A stretch of DNA of 51,765 nucleotides from Chloroflexota bacterium (GTDB taxonomy: Bacteria > Chloroflexota > Dehalococcoidia > GIF9 > UBA5629), in contig VGNY01000002.1 of assembly GCA_016865895.1 (NCBI GenBank), positions 1 through 51,765 of the forward strand. Reading direction: 5' to 3'. How positions within the stretch are numbered: position 1 is the stretch's first letter; each line of letters starts with the position of its first letter. Shown in pieces: positions 25,666 through 34,841 of the stretch. Under the pieces are notes generated by a model. The model was not told the DNA's origin. It worked only from the letters and a program-made list of their open reading frames with translations, and searched no databases. A program made the translations under genes and the position numbers.

Positions 25666-26550
25666 TCATATCCTCTCTATTCTGACTAAGCCGAAGATTC
25701 CGTAGGGCCTAACTAAAAGAATGAGAAGAAGCAGGATATAACCCGCTACCTCCATGATGCCGCCGCCAACAAGCGGGTCCAAATAGCCAGAAGCCACATT
25801 TTCCACCCACCCCAATATAAACCCACCGACAAGAGCACCAGGCAACGAGTCCAGACCACCCACCATAGCCACAACCAGACCCTTGAAGGCTACCAAAGTC
25901 AACATAAAGCGGATATCGTAATACCGTGCCAGCATGACACCAGCCACGACAGCCACTATCGCTGATAGAATCCAAACAAGTGAGAATATCGTCCTGACGT
26001 TTATGCCCACACTCTGGGCTAGCTGATGCGACTCAGCAGTAGCTCTCATTCCCAGACCAACCTTGGTATAACGGAAGAAAGCCACAGTCAACAAGAAAAC
26101 CAAAATGCAGATACCCAGACTGTATAAACCACCTACGTGTACACTAGAACCAAGAATGTTGATGTTACCCTTGGGTAGAAAGTCAGGAAATCCCCAGGCT
26201 TCGCCCTTCAAGATGAGCGCAAAAATCCCGTCGAGCACCATAAATATGGCAAAGGTCATAAGGAAGCCGGAGAACAACGGCTGGCCAATTAGAGGCCGCA
26301 AGCAAACACGCTCGACAGCAAATCCAAGAATAGCGCCCATCGCCAAACCTAGAATCCAACCTGCCCACAAAGGCAATCCCAGTAATATATAGCCAACATA
26401 GAAAAATAGGGCACCGAAAGCTAGCAACTGACCGTGGGCTAGACTTACTACCTCAGTAGCTTTGCAAACGAGGACTATTGCCAGCGCCACCAAAGCATAA
26501 AGCCCACCGATAATCAAACCGTTAAAGCTCAGGTCCAAGAAAAACTGCAC
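25666..26550 (-). CDS. livH: Liv-type ABC permease (LivH-like)
   Basis: NGLIIGGLYALVALAIVLV...SLAHGQLLAFGA N-terminus, typical of LivH. Confidence 0.9.
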   Translation of the reverse strand: MQFFLDLSFNGLIIGGLYALVALAIVLVCKATEVVSLAHGQLLAFGALFFYVGYILLGLPLWAGWILGLAMGAILGFAVERVCLRPLIGQPLFSGFLMTFAIFMVLDGIFALILKGEAWGFPDFLPKGNINILGSSVHVGGLYSLGICILVFLLTVAFFRYTKVGLGMRATAESHQLAQSVGINVRTIFSLVWILSAIVAVVAGVMLARYYDIRFMLTLVAFKGLVVAMVGGLDSLPGALVGGFILGWVENVASGYLDPLVGGGIMEVAGYILLLLILLVRPYGIFGLVRIERI

Positions 26551-26575
26551 TTCTCCTCCTTCAACTCATCTTGTT

Positions 26576-28543
26576 CTATTCAACAGTGCTGACTTTGACA
26601 CTTGTTATTATTGTCCCCGTTCGACCATCGCGGTAGGTAATCGGAGCTTCGACCTTCAACTCTTCCTTATCACCATAGAGTGCGTCTATCAAATAGCCAT
26701 ATCGCTCTTCGATGAAATCGCGCCGCAGCTTTCTGGTTCGTGTTAGTTCAGCATCATCAGCATCAAATTCTTTGTGCAAATTGACAAATCTCTTTATCCT
26801 CGTCCATTCAGGGAGGTGCCTATTAACCCTCAATATCGCGCCCTTTATCAGCTCAATGACTTCCGGCTTCTGGGACAAATCAGTGAAGGTAGTGTACGGG
26901 ATACGCTTGGCTTCAGCCCATCTTCCCACATTGTCTATGTCAATATTTATTATAACGGTGACAAAATCCTTGTCCTCGCTACCCACAATCAAGGCTCCTT
27001 TGATATAGGGGCTGAATCTCAATCTGATTTCAGCAAACTGTGGCGAAAACTTGCGACCACCGCTCAATTCCTTCAGATGGTCCATCCTGTCAATACAGAT
27101 GAGGTGGCCATGTTCTTCAATGTGACCGAAATCACCACTGAGATACCAGTCGCCCAGGTATTTTTCTTTGGTGGCTTCGGGCTTCCTGTAATAGCCGGCG
27201 AAAAGCATCTCGCTCCTGACCATAATCTCACCGTCGTCAGAAAGTCGGCATTCATACCCGGGCATGAGAGGACCACATGTTTCCGGCCGGACATCATCAT
27301 CAGGGTGAATGGTAACCAGCCCCATTTCTGTGCTGCCGTATAGCTGCTTGAGTTTTACTCCAAGAGCCTGAAAGTAACGGAAGATTTCAGGGCTTATTGC
27401 TGACCCAGCACTGTAGGCAATTCTGACCTTTAACAGGCCAACTTTATCCTTAAGCTGCCGAAAGACTACTAGGTCAGCAAGAGCATAAAGCGCTCGCCAC
27501 AGCCAGTTGGCCTTTTTCTCAGCTATTCTCAAGTCACCCACCTTGTAGCCTACCGGCAGGAAAATATGGTAAAGAAGTCTCCTCAGCGGAGCGGTGTCGA
27601 TTATCTTCGCCTGAATCAGCCGGCTTACACTTTCCCAGTTAGCCGGCCCCCAAAAAAGGATACCAGGCCCGATTTCCCTGATGTTTTCCAGTACCGTCTC
27701 CGGCTCTTCAGGAAAGTTTATTTCCATACCTGTAAGCAAGTTGGCACCTACTCCAAGCCCTTGTTCCGTTATCCAGGCCGGGGGTAAAAAAGAGACATAT
27801 TGCTCGTCAGCACGCCACTTGTCCACGGAGCCCCATGCCCTATTAGTTAGCTGGGATACCCTGTTCCTGAGCATGGCGGCTTTGGGTAAACCGGTAGTAC
27901 CAGATGTATACATGAAAAGGGCGATATCATCGCCGCTGGCCTTCTCAATATTCTCTTCAAATACGCCAGGATGGCTTTTTTCATAATCCTTGCCCAGCTC
28001 GATAACCTGGTCAAAGCTCATCAAAATCGGGTCGGCATAGTCACCGATAGGAGTCCCTTCATAGCCCAGTATCCCCTTGGGGTCCCAGAAAATGACCTTC
28101 TTCACCAGAGGCAGTTCATCTTTAAGAGGTGGATGCTCATTGCCTTCCCTATCTTTGTAAGGGACTAGAAACTTATCAACCTGCTCCTGGTCATGGGCTA
28201 TGACAAACTTAGATTCAGAATTCTCAACGTAATATTTGACCTCTGTAGGCAGACAATCAACGAATATACCGGTCACAGTTGCGCCCGCCGCACCAGCCGC
28301 CAACTCAGCCCAGAACCATTCAGGCTTATTTTCACCCAGTATCGCTACCTTATCTCCCCGTTCCAGACCACGGCTGATTAAGCCCAAGGAGAAACACTTC
28401 ACCTTTTCGTAGTAGTCCTTCCATGTATATGACTGCCAGATACCTCTGTCCTTCACCCGCATGGCCACTTTCTTGTCGCCCCACTTTTGATAGTTATATC
28501 TCAAATATTTTGCTGCAGTATCAAAAACCGGTGCTTCCACCAT
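26576..28543 (-). CDS. AMP-forming long-chain acyl-CoA ligase embedded in the ABC operon
   Basis: 655 aa with YTSGTTGLPKAAM AMP-binding motif. AGGAGGG RBS directly after the livG stop. Confidence 0.9.
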   Translation of the reverse strand: MVEAPVFDTAAKYLRYNYQKWGDKKVAMRVKDRGIWQSYTWKDYYEKVKCFSLGLISRGLERGDKVAILGENKPEWFWAELAAGAAGATVTGIFVDCLPTEVKYYVENSESKFVIAHDQEQVDKFLVPYKDREGNEHPPLKDELPLVKKVIFWDPKGILGYEGTPIGDYADPILMSFDQVIELGKDYEKSHPGVFEENIEKASGDDIALFMYTSGTTGLPKAAMLRNRVSQLTNRAWGSVDKWRADEQYVSFLPPAWITEQGLGVGANLLTGMEINFPEEPETVLENIREIGPGILFWGPANWESVSRLIQAKIIDTAPLRRLLYHIFLPVGYKVGDLRIAEKKANWLWRALYALADLVVFRQLKDKVGLLKVRIAYSAGSAISPEIFRYFQALGVKLKQLYGSTEMGLVTIHPDDDVRPETCGPLMPGYECRLSDDGEIMVRSEMLFAGYYRKPEATKEKYLGDWYLSGDFGHIEEHGHLICIDRMDHLKELSGGRKFSPQFAEIRLRFSPYIKGALIVGSEDKDFVTVIINIDIDNVGRWAEAKRIPYTTFTDLSQKPEVIELIKGAILRVNRHLPEWTRIKRFVNLHKEFDADDAELTRTRKLRRDFIEERYGYLIDALYGDKEELKVEAPITYRDGRTGTIITSVKVSTVE

Positions 28544-28553
28544 TTACGCCCTC

Positions 28554-29339
28554 CTATTCACCTAGGTAAGCCTTGATAACCGCAGGATTCACCTTTATTT
28601 CATCAGGTGAGCCCTCAGCAATTTTATGCCCGAAATCGAGGACAACCACTCTGTCAGCAATGTCCATAACTACTTCCATATCATGTTCAATGAGGACGAT
28701 GGGAATACGGCGAAGCTCTATAGTATCTATAATAAAGCGAGCCATATCCTCTTTCTCGTCTATGTTCATCCCCGCCATGGGCTCATCGAGCAAAAGAAGC
28801 TTGGGCTCTAAAGCCAGAGCTCTACCCAATTCTACCCGCTTCCGCATCCCGTAAGGAAGAAGTCCCACCACCTTCTTCCGTATCGGTTCCATCTCTAGGA
28901 AGTCTATTATATCTTCGACCACCTTCCGGTGCTCAATCTCCTCTCGATAGGCTGGCCCAAAATAGATAGCGCCAGCCAATGCTCCTTGTTTCATGCGAAC
29001 ATGCCGGGCCGCCATGATGTTATCTAATACGGTCAGCCCGGTGTAAAGTTCGATATTCTGGAAGGTTCGAGAGATGCCAAGTTCGGCAATCTTGTGGGGC
29101 GCCAATCGGGTGATATTCTTCCCCTCAAAAAAGATATTACCTTGCTGAGGGCGATAGAATCCGTTTATACAGTTGAGGAGGCAGCTCTTCCCAGCACCAT
29201 TCGGACCTATGATAGCCAATATCTCTGTCCCAATGACCTCAACATCAACACCATCCAAAGCGCGGAGTTGCCCGAAGTACAAACCTATGTTTTCAACTTT
29301 TAGCTTAACCTGATCCTGTGTCCCCAAAACAAAGCCCAT
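28554..29339 (-). CDS. livG: Liv-type ABC transporter ATP-binding protein (LivG-like)
   Basis: Walker A GPNGAGKS, Walker B LLLLDEPMAGM, and the LivG-type insertion. Confidence 0.9.
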   Translation of the reverse strand: MGFVLGTQDQVKLKVENIGLYFGQLRALDGVDVEVIGTEILAIIGPNGAGKSCLLNCINGFYRPQQGNIFFEGKNITRLAPHKIAELGISRTFQNIELYTGLTVLDNIMAARHVRMKQGALAGAIYFGPAYREEIEHRKVVEDIIDFLEMEPIRKKVVGLLPYGMRKRVELGRALALEPKLLLLDEPMAGMNIDEKEDMARFIIDTIELRRIPIVLIEHDMEVVMDIADRVVVLDFGHKIAEGSPDEIKVNPAVIKAYLGE

Positions 29340-29392
29340 ATGAACTCAAACTCAGAGGAAACTATTAAGTGTAAACACCTAGTTTAGATAAT

Positions 29393-29470
29393 TATACAAT
29401 ACTTGTCAATAGTCTTATGGGAGATTTGCTAATCACCACTACTCATTACTACTATACAACATTTGTCAAA
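29393..29470. repeat. two 18-bp direct repeats TATACAAyAyTTGTCAAw, 60 bp apart
   Basis: Copies at 29393-29410 and 29453-29470 in the divergent intergenic region between livG and the acyl-CoA ligase. Confidence 0.6.
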
Positions 29471-29491
29471 ACCCAAACGTTGTGCTATAGT
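29463..29491 (+). promoter_or_regulatory. promoter TTGTCA-N17-(TGc)TATAGT for the ligase-livGF operon
   Basis: -35 at 29463-29468, extended -10 TGCTATAGT at 29483-29491, AGGAGG at 29510 and a GTG start at 29522. Confidence 0.5.
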
Positions 29492-29521
29492 CTTCATTCG
29501 AAGAAAAGTAGGAGGTAACAC

Positions 29522-31237
29522 GTGACAGCCGACCCTAACAAAGCTAAATATGAAGCAAGACCATGGTTAAAGTTCTATCTAAAAGAGGTGCCGCCTGATG
29601 TTGAGATTCCAGAGAAATCGGTAGTGGAAACTTTTGATGAAAGCACAGACAAATGGAAAGATAGGACCGCAATAGTATTCTATGGCAGGAAAATAAGCTA
29701 CCGCGAGTTAAGAGACCAGGTTGATAGATTAGCTACCGCGCTGCATGACCTGGGAGTCAAAAAAGGTGACAAGGTCGCCCTGCTACTGCTAAACTCCCCG
29801 CAGTTCATCATAGCCTATTTCGCAGCCCTAAAAGCTGGGGCTACCTTAACCGCAATCAGCCCTCTCTACGTTAGCCCCGAAATCAAACATCAAATCGAGG
29901 ACAGCGGGGCTACGACTCTCGTCTGTCAGGATATCCTTTATGATAATGTTGAAAGAGCAGGAGTTGAGCTGGATAGGGTCATCCTGACCAGCATTACTGA
30001 GTACTTGCCCGGAACGAAGAAATTCCTAGGCAGCAGTGTCCTCCGGGCAGTATATCAGAAGATGGCAGCACCACCCACCGAGCTTTACGAAAGAGAGGGA
30101 TTCTACCGGCTTCAGGAATTGATTAAAAAATACCCGCCAAACCCACCGAAAATCGAGTTTGCCATCAGGGATGACCTAGTAACCCTCCCCTATACCGGAG
30201 GTACCACGGGGCTACCCAAAGGTGCCATGATAACTCATTACAATCTCACCGCTGCTAGATATCTGGGCGAAAAGTTCTGGGGAGACATCGTCCAAGAAGG
30301 CAAAGAGACCATACTAGCATATTTGCCATTCTACCACATCTATGGACAGGCAGTGGTTATGCTGGGTGGTCTATCTCAAGGTTATACTTTGGTGATATTT
30401 ACCACCCCCGACCTTGACGATATTCTAAACGCCATGGAAAGCTACAAAGCAACTATTTTCTACAGCGTGCCATCATTGTATGAATTTCTCAGAGATTATC
30501 ATAGAACTGACAGGGTGAATTGGAAGCGTATTAAGGTTCTTATCTCCGGTGCCGATGCACTTCTTGAGGATACTGCTAAAGGCTGGGAGAAACGGACCGG
30601 CGCCAAAATCCACGAGGGGTGGGGCATGACTGAGACCAGCTCAGTGGGCATTGTCAGTCCCTACGGAAAACCAAAAATTGGCTCCTTCGGGGTACCTCTG
30701 CCCAACACTGTAGCCGGCATAGTTGACCCCGAGAGTACTAAATTCCTCCCCATTGGCGAGATAGGCGAACTTGTAGTCAAAGGGCCGCAAGTAGGCAAGG
30801 GATACTGGAAAAAGCCCGAGGAAACCAAGAAGATGTTTGTGGATATCGACGGCGAAACCTGGCTTAGAACCGGTGACCTAGCAAGAATGGACGAAGACGG
30901 CTATTTCTACTTCTATGATAGAAAGAGAGATATGATTAAATACAAAGGGCTCGCTGTGTTTGCCCGAGAAGTAGAAGAGGTTTTGGCTGCCCATCCACAG
31001 GTTAAAGAGGCAGGAGTTATCGGAGTTCCTGACCCGGAGGTTGGAGAGAAAGTCAAAGCAATAGTTGTTCTTGAAACAGAAGCAAGAGGAAAAGTCTCAG
31101 AAGAAGAAGTAATGAAATATTGCGCTGAAAGGCTAGCCCACTATAAATGCCCCAAAATTGTAGAGTTTAGAGGAGAAGTCCCCAAGACAGATGTTGGCAA
31201 GGTATCCCGCCGTGAACTGAGAGAGGAGGAGCTCTAA
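29522..31237 (+). CDS. AMP-forming acyl-CoA ligase (FadD-like)
   Basis: YTGGTTGLPKGAMITH, GWGMTET and GDLARMDEDGYFYFYDRKRDMIK motifs. GTG start with a strong RBS. Confidence 0.9.
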   Translation: MTADPNKAKYEARPWLKFYLKEVPPDVEIPEKSVVETFDESTDKWKDRTAIVFYGRKISYRELRDQVDRLATALHDLGVKKGDKVALLLLNSPQFIIAYFAALKAGATLTAISPLYVSPEIKHQIEDSGATTLVCQDILYDNVERAGVELDRVILTSITEYLPGTKKFLGSSVLRAVYQKMAAPPTELYEREGFYRLQELIKKYPPNPPKIEFAIRDDLVTLPYTGGTTGLPKGAMITHYNLTAARYLGEKFWGDIVQEGKETILAYLPFYHIYGQAVVMLGGLSQGYTLVIFTTPDLDDILNAMESYKATIFYSVPSLYEFLRDYHRTDRVNWKRIKVLISGADALLEDTAKGWEKRTGAKIHEGWGMTETSSVGIVSPYGKPKIGSFGVPLPNTVAGIVDPESTKFLPIGEIGELVVKGPQVGKGYWKKPEETKKMFVDIDGETWLRTGDLARMDEDGYFYFYDRKRDMIKYKGLAVFAREVEEVLAAHPQVKEAGVIGVPDPEVGEKVKAIVVLETEARGKVSEEEVMKYCAERLAHYKCPKIVEFRGEVPKTDVGKVSRRELREEEL

Positions 31238-31238
31238 A

Positions 31239-32009
31239 ATGATGCCTTTTTTTGAAGTGGAAGGGTTAACCAAACGCTTCGGTGGGCTGGTTGCTGTCGA
31301 AAATGTGAGCTTCAAAATAGAAAGAGATGAAATCGTTGGCCTCATCGGGCCTAATGGTGCCGGGAAGACCACACTCATACGGTGCATACTCGGTATATTG
31401 AACCCAGATTCTGGCAAAGTCAGATTTAAAGGCGAAGATATAACCAAACGCCGCCCCTGGGAAATTGTTCAGAAAGGAATAGTGGGGACTTTTCAGGTAG
31501 TCAAACCATTCCGTCACTTACCTATCATCGCCAATGTGATGGTAGGATGCCTCTGCCCCCGGATAACAAAGCGAGGCGAATGGGTCAAAAGAGCAGAAGT
31601 GAAAGCTCATGATGCGTTAGAGTTTGTCGGTATCGCTGACCTGGCTCTTGAACCAGCGTCTATCTTGTCTCACGGGGATTTAAAACGACTGGAGGTAGCC
31701 AGAGCAATTGCCACCGAACCAGAGCTGCTTATCCTCGATGAGCCCTTTGGCGGGTTAAATCCGGCAGAAACAGAGCTAGTAGCTAAATCTATGAAAAGGT
31801 TGCACAAAGGAGGAAGATTTGGCAGGCTGCATAGCGAAGGGCCAGCTATGCTTATTATCGAACATAAATTAAGCGAGCTTATGAAGATAGTTGACAGGGT
31901 GATTGTGCTGAACTTCGGCGAGGTTATCGCCCAGGGTACCCCTGAAGAAATATCCAAAAACCCCACAGTCATCGAAGCCTACACGGGCAAGGAGGTGCTC
32001 ATTGCTTGA
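31239..32009 (+). CDS. livG: Liv-type ABC ATP-binding protein (LivG-like)
   Basis: Walker A GPNGAGKTT and Walker B LLILDEPFGGL. The start lies 1 nt after the ligase stop. Confidence 0.9.
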   Translation: MMPFFEVEGLTKRFGGLVAVENVSFKIERDEIVGLIGPNGAGKTTLIRCILGILNPDSGKVRFKGEDITKRRPWEIVQKGIVGTFQVVKPFRHLPIIANVMVGCLCPRITKRGEWVKRAEVKAHDALEFVGIADLALEPASILSHGDLKRLEVARAIATEPELLILDEPFGGLNPAETELVAKSMKRLHKGGRFGRLHSEGPAMLIIEHKLSELMKIVDRVIVLNFGEVIAQGTPEEISKNPTVIEAYTGKEVLIA

Positions 32010-32751
32010 AGTAAAGAATGTTACCGTCTGTTACGACACAGCAATGGTTTTAGATGAAGCCAACCTGAAGGTTGAGAAAGGTGAATTGGTGGGGCTTGTC
32101 GGCCCCAACGGCGCTGGAAAAACCACACTGCTTCGTTCTATAGCCGGATTGATAAATTGGGAGAAGGAAATACTAAAGGGAACAAGACAGGCAGACATAA
32201 CCTTTAAAGGTAGTGTAGAATTTGAAGGCGAAAACATCGAAAAACTGTCGGCATCTGAAATAGCCAAGAGAGGCCTACTTCTTTGCCCCGAGAGAGGTAG
32301 ACCATTTGCCGAAATGACAGTCAAGGACAATTTGCTTGCCGGAGCCTTTCTGGTTAAGGATAAGAAGGTAGTCAACGATAGTCTCAACAAGGTCTACGAA
32401 TTGTTTCCTAGATTGAAGGAGAGGGAGAAGCAAGTGTCAGGTACACTATCCGGCGGTGAACGTCAAATGCTGGCTATTGGCAGAGCGCTGATGCGTAGAC
32501 CAAAGTTTATGTTAGTTGATGAGCCCTCGAGCGGGCTGGCACCAAGGCTGAAAGAGGACTTATTCAAACGTATAGAGGAGATTTATCACGAACTCGGAGT
32601 CACTATACTTTTAGCTGAGCAAGATGTCAGCTTCGCCTTCGACTTATCAGGTAGAAACTACGTCATGTCAAGGGGACACATAATTGCACAGGGAACATCT
32701 CAAGAGTTACTCAAAGACGAAACTATCAGGAAGACATATCTGGGCTTATAA
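32002..32751 (+). CDS. livF: Liv-type ABC ATP-binding protein (LivF-like)
   Basis: MLEVKNVTV (TTG start overlapping livG by 8 nt), GPNGAGKTT, LSGGERQM and FMLVDEPS. Confidence 0.9.
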   Translation: MLEVKNVTVCYDTAMVLDEANLKVEKGELVGLVGPNGAGKTTLLRSIAGLINWEKEILKGTRQADITFKGSVEFEGENIEKLSASEIAKRGLLLCPERGRPFAEMTVKDNLLAGAFLVKDKKVVNDSLNKVYELFPRLKEREKQVSGTLSGGERQMLAIGRALMRRPKFMLVDEPSSGLAPRLKEDLFKRIEEIYHELGVTILLAEQDVSFAFDLSGRNYVMSRGHIIAQGTSQELLKDETIRKTYLGL

Positions 32752-32775
32752 AGCGAGACCGTCTACTAATGTAGC

Positions 32776-32795
32776 GGCAAGGCTTCAGCCTCGCC
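32776..32795. terminator. short GC hairpin between convergent genes
   Basis: GGCAAGGC-TTCA-GCCTCGCC (7 of 8 bp paired) in the 84-nt convergent gap. No clear U tract. Confidence 0.3.
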
Positions 32796-32835
32796 AGTCC
32801 CGACCCTAAAGAGTCGCAACTACACTTTTAATTAT

Positions 32836-33873
32836 TTAGTACAAAGAGGCACCACAGGCTCTACAGGTATGGCGCAAGGACACATTAGCCAACTTGCAGC
32901 GGGGGCAGTTACGCTCGATTTTATCTCGTATCCAGACGGCAATCCCCTCAGGCATGAAAAGTAGAATCACTATTACGATAGCTGCAAAGATTAAAAACCG
33001 CAACTCAGGTATAACCCGCAAGAACTCCATAAGAGGATAGAGGATATAAACTCCGACAACTGCGCCGTAAATGCTAACAATACCTCCAAATACCGTCCAG
33101 ATTATCGCCTGGAAAGACAGCATCATGTCCAAGGTTGATGGCCCGGCAATTCTCATGAAATGAGCCAATAAACCGCCAGCAATGCCGGCAAAGAAACCAC
33201 CTATAGCAAAAGCCATCATCTTATATCGTATAGTGTTGATACCAGTAGCCCGGGCTGCAATCTCGTCCTCACGAATAGCATGGAGGATAATCCCTGTCCT
33301 GACCAGGGCACTCTTGGCATCAGTGAGCTTCCACATTATAAACACCGAGATAGTCATAACCACCAGACAAATATAGTAGTCAGCCATCCGAGAATCAGAA
33401 AGACGGGTGAGACCAGTAATACCATGTTCGCCGCCGGTAACATCGGGGAAAGCCTTGATGATCCCAAGAACGATAAGAGGAAAGGCTAAAGTGACTAGAG
33501 ACAGATAAGGCCCTCTTAGCCTCAATGCTGGCAAGCAGGTAACTACACCAGCCATCACAGCAACAAAGGCTCCGATAGGTATCGTCGCCCATGGTTGTAA
33601 ACCCAAGTATTTGTTCAGCATCGCTGCGGTATAAGCCGCAACCCCAAAGAAAAGAGCATGACCAAAGTTCACCTGGCCGGTATAGCCAGATAAAAAATCC
33701 CAGCTAACAGCGAAAATAACGAAAATATTGGTCAAGATAAGGGTACGTAAAATATAAGGCTCTTGTGTAAATAGAGGCATAAGAAAGATGAGGAGAAAGA
33801 AGATTAGCGCTATAAGCCTCCCAGGAATCGCCAGCACATCCCCCTGGAAATCCTTAAACAGTCGTCTTAACAC
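32836..33873 (-). CDS. livM: Liv-type ABC permease (LivM-like) with C-terminal zinc ribbon
   Basis: Polytopic LivM-like body. The last 25 aa are CPRCKLANVSLRHTCRACGASLY (CxxC-N10-CxxC). Confidence 0.9.
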   Translation of the reverse strand: MLRRLFKDFQGDVLAIPGRLIALIFFLLIFLMPLFTQEPYILRTLILTNIFVIFAVSWDFLSGYTGQVNFGHALFFGVAAYTAAMLNKYLGLQPWATIPIGAFVAVMAGVVTCLPALRLRGPYLSLVTLAFPLIVLGIIKAFPDVTGGEHGITGLTRLSDSRMADYYICLVVMTISVFIMWKLTDAKSALVRTGIILHAIREDEIAARATGINTIRYKMMAFAIGGFFAGIAGGLLAHFMRIAGPSTLDMMLSFQAIIWTVFGGIVSIYGAVVGVYILYPLMEFLRVIPELRFLIFAAIVIVILLFMPEGIAVWIRDKIERNCPRCKLANVSLRHTCRACGASLY

Positions 33874-34745
33874 TATAATCTCTCCTCTTCAAAAACTACA
33901 CCAAACAACCCCTCAGGCCTGACCACTAGTATTATCACCATAGCCAGCAAGGCGAATGCCCCCTTAAGAAACGCCCCCATAGGCATCAACAAAACAACTG
34001 ATGTCTCAACCAATGCAATGATGAAGGCCCCAATAAAGCTCCCCCTGATACTTCCCAACCCACCTAGCACAACAATCGCCATAATCATCACCAGCGGTGA
34101 TATCCACATATATGGATAAACAACCCATAACGGAGCCACAACGACTCCAGAAACCGCTGCCAGTGCTGTTGCTATGCCCATAGTCATCAAAAGTATTCTG
34201 GAAACATTTATTCCCATCAAATTTGCGATTTCAGTATCCTGGGCCGTAGCTCTAATGGCTATGCCCAATTTTGTCTTAGTTAAAAGTGCCCATACACAGA
34301 GAAGCGCAACTAAAACTATGCCTAACGACAATATCTGTTGATAAGTAATTCTGACACCTAATACTATCATGAATCCTGAGATAAGAGTCGGTGCTTCCCG
34401 AAAGTGAGCACCGAAGGCCAAAAGCATGAGCTCCTGAAAAACCATAGCTAATGCAATAGTTATTAATAGTACAATTGCATGATGTTCACGTATGCGGTCA
34501 ATAAACAATTTGTAGCTCAAAACCCCCACACCAGTGGTGACAACCAAAGACAAAATAATTGAAGAAATGGGGTCTAAACCAAGCTGATAACTGCAAAAAA
34601 ACATACCGTAGGCTGCCAGCATGAAAAACGCTGTGTGCGCCAGGTTTATCATCCGGGCTACACCGAAAATAAGAGAGAAACCGACAGCTAGCAGGGCATA
34701 CACCCCTCCTGTCATCAGCGTCTGAATTACAAATAACTGAATCAT
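33873..34745 (-). CDS. livH: Liv-type ABC permease (LivH-like)
   Basis: GGVYALLAVGFSLIFGVARMINLAHTAFFMLAAY. Overlaps livM by 1 nt. Confidence 0.9.
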   Translation of the reverse strand: MIQLFVIQTLMTGGVYALLAVGFSLIFGVARMINLAHTAFFMLAAYGMFFCSYQLGLDPISSIILSLVVTTGVGVLSYKLFIDRIREHHAIVLLITIALAMVFQELMLLAFGAHFREAPTLISGFMIVLGVRITYQQILSLGIVLVALLCVWALLTKTKLGIAIRATAQDTEIANLMGINVSRILLMTMGIATALAAVSGVVVAPLWVVYPYMWISPLVMIMAIVVLGGLGSIRGSFIGAFIIALVETSVVLLMPMGAFLKGAFALLAMVIILVVRPEGLFGVVFEEERL

Positions 34746-34789
34746 AGCCTTCCCAAACCGAATTTTATTTTAAAACTTGTTCGTCTTAT

Positions 34790-34824
34790 GGTGACCTCGG
34801 GCTATGAAGTAGCCCGAGGTCACC
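34790..34824 (-). promoter_or_regulatory. perfect 15-bp stem-loop between the binding-protein and permease genes
   Basis: GGTGACCTCGGGCTA-TGAAG-TAGCCCGAGGTCACC, 18 nt after the binding-protein stop. No U tract. Confidence 0.6.
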
Positions 34825-34841
34825 AAATAAACCTTCAACAG

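Noticed and set aside
9901-29470. The TTGTCAA/TTGACAA motif shared by the 9.9-kb, 29.4-kb and 45.2-kb control regions, considered as a common regulator-binding site.
   Set aside because: The shared core is just the sigma70-type -35 hexamer read on either strand. Only the longer locus-specific repeats are reported as candidate operators.
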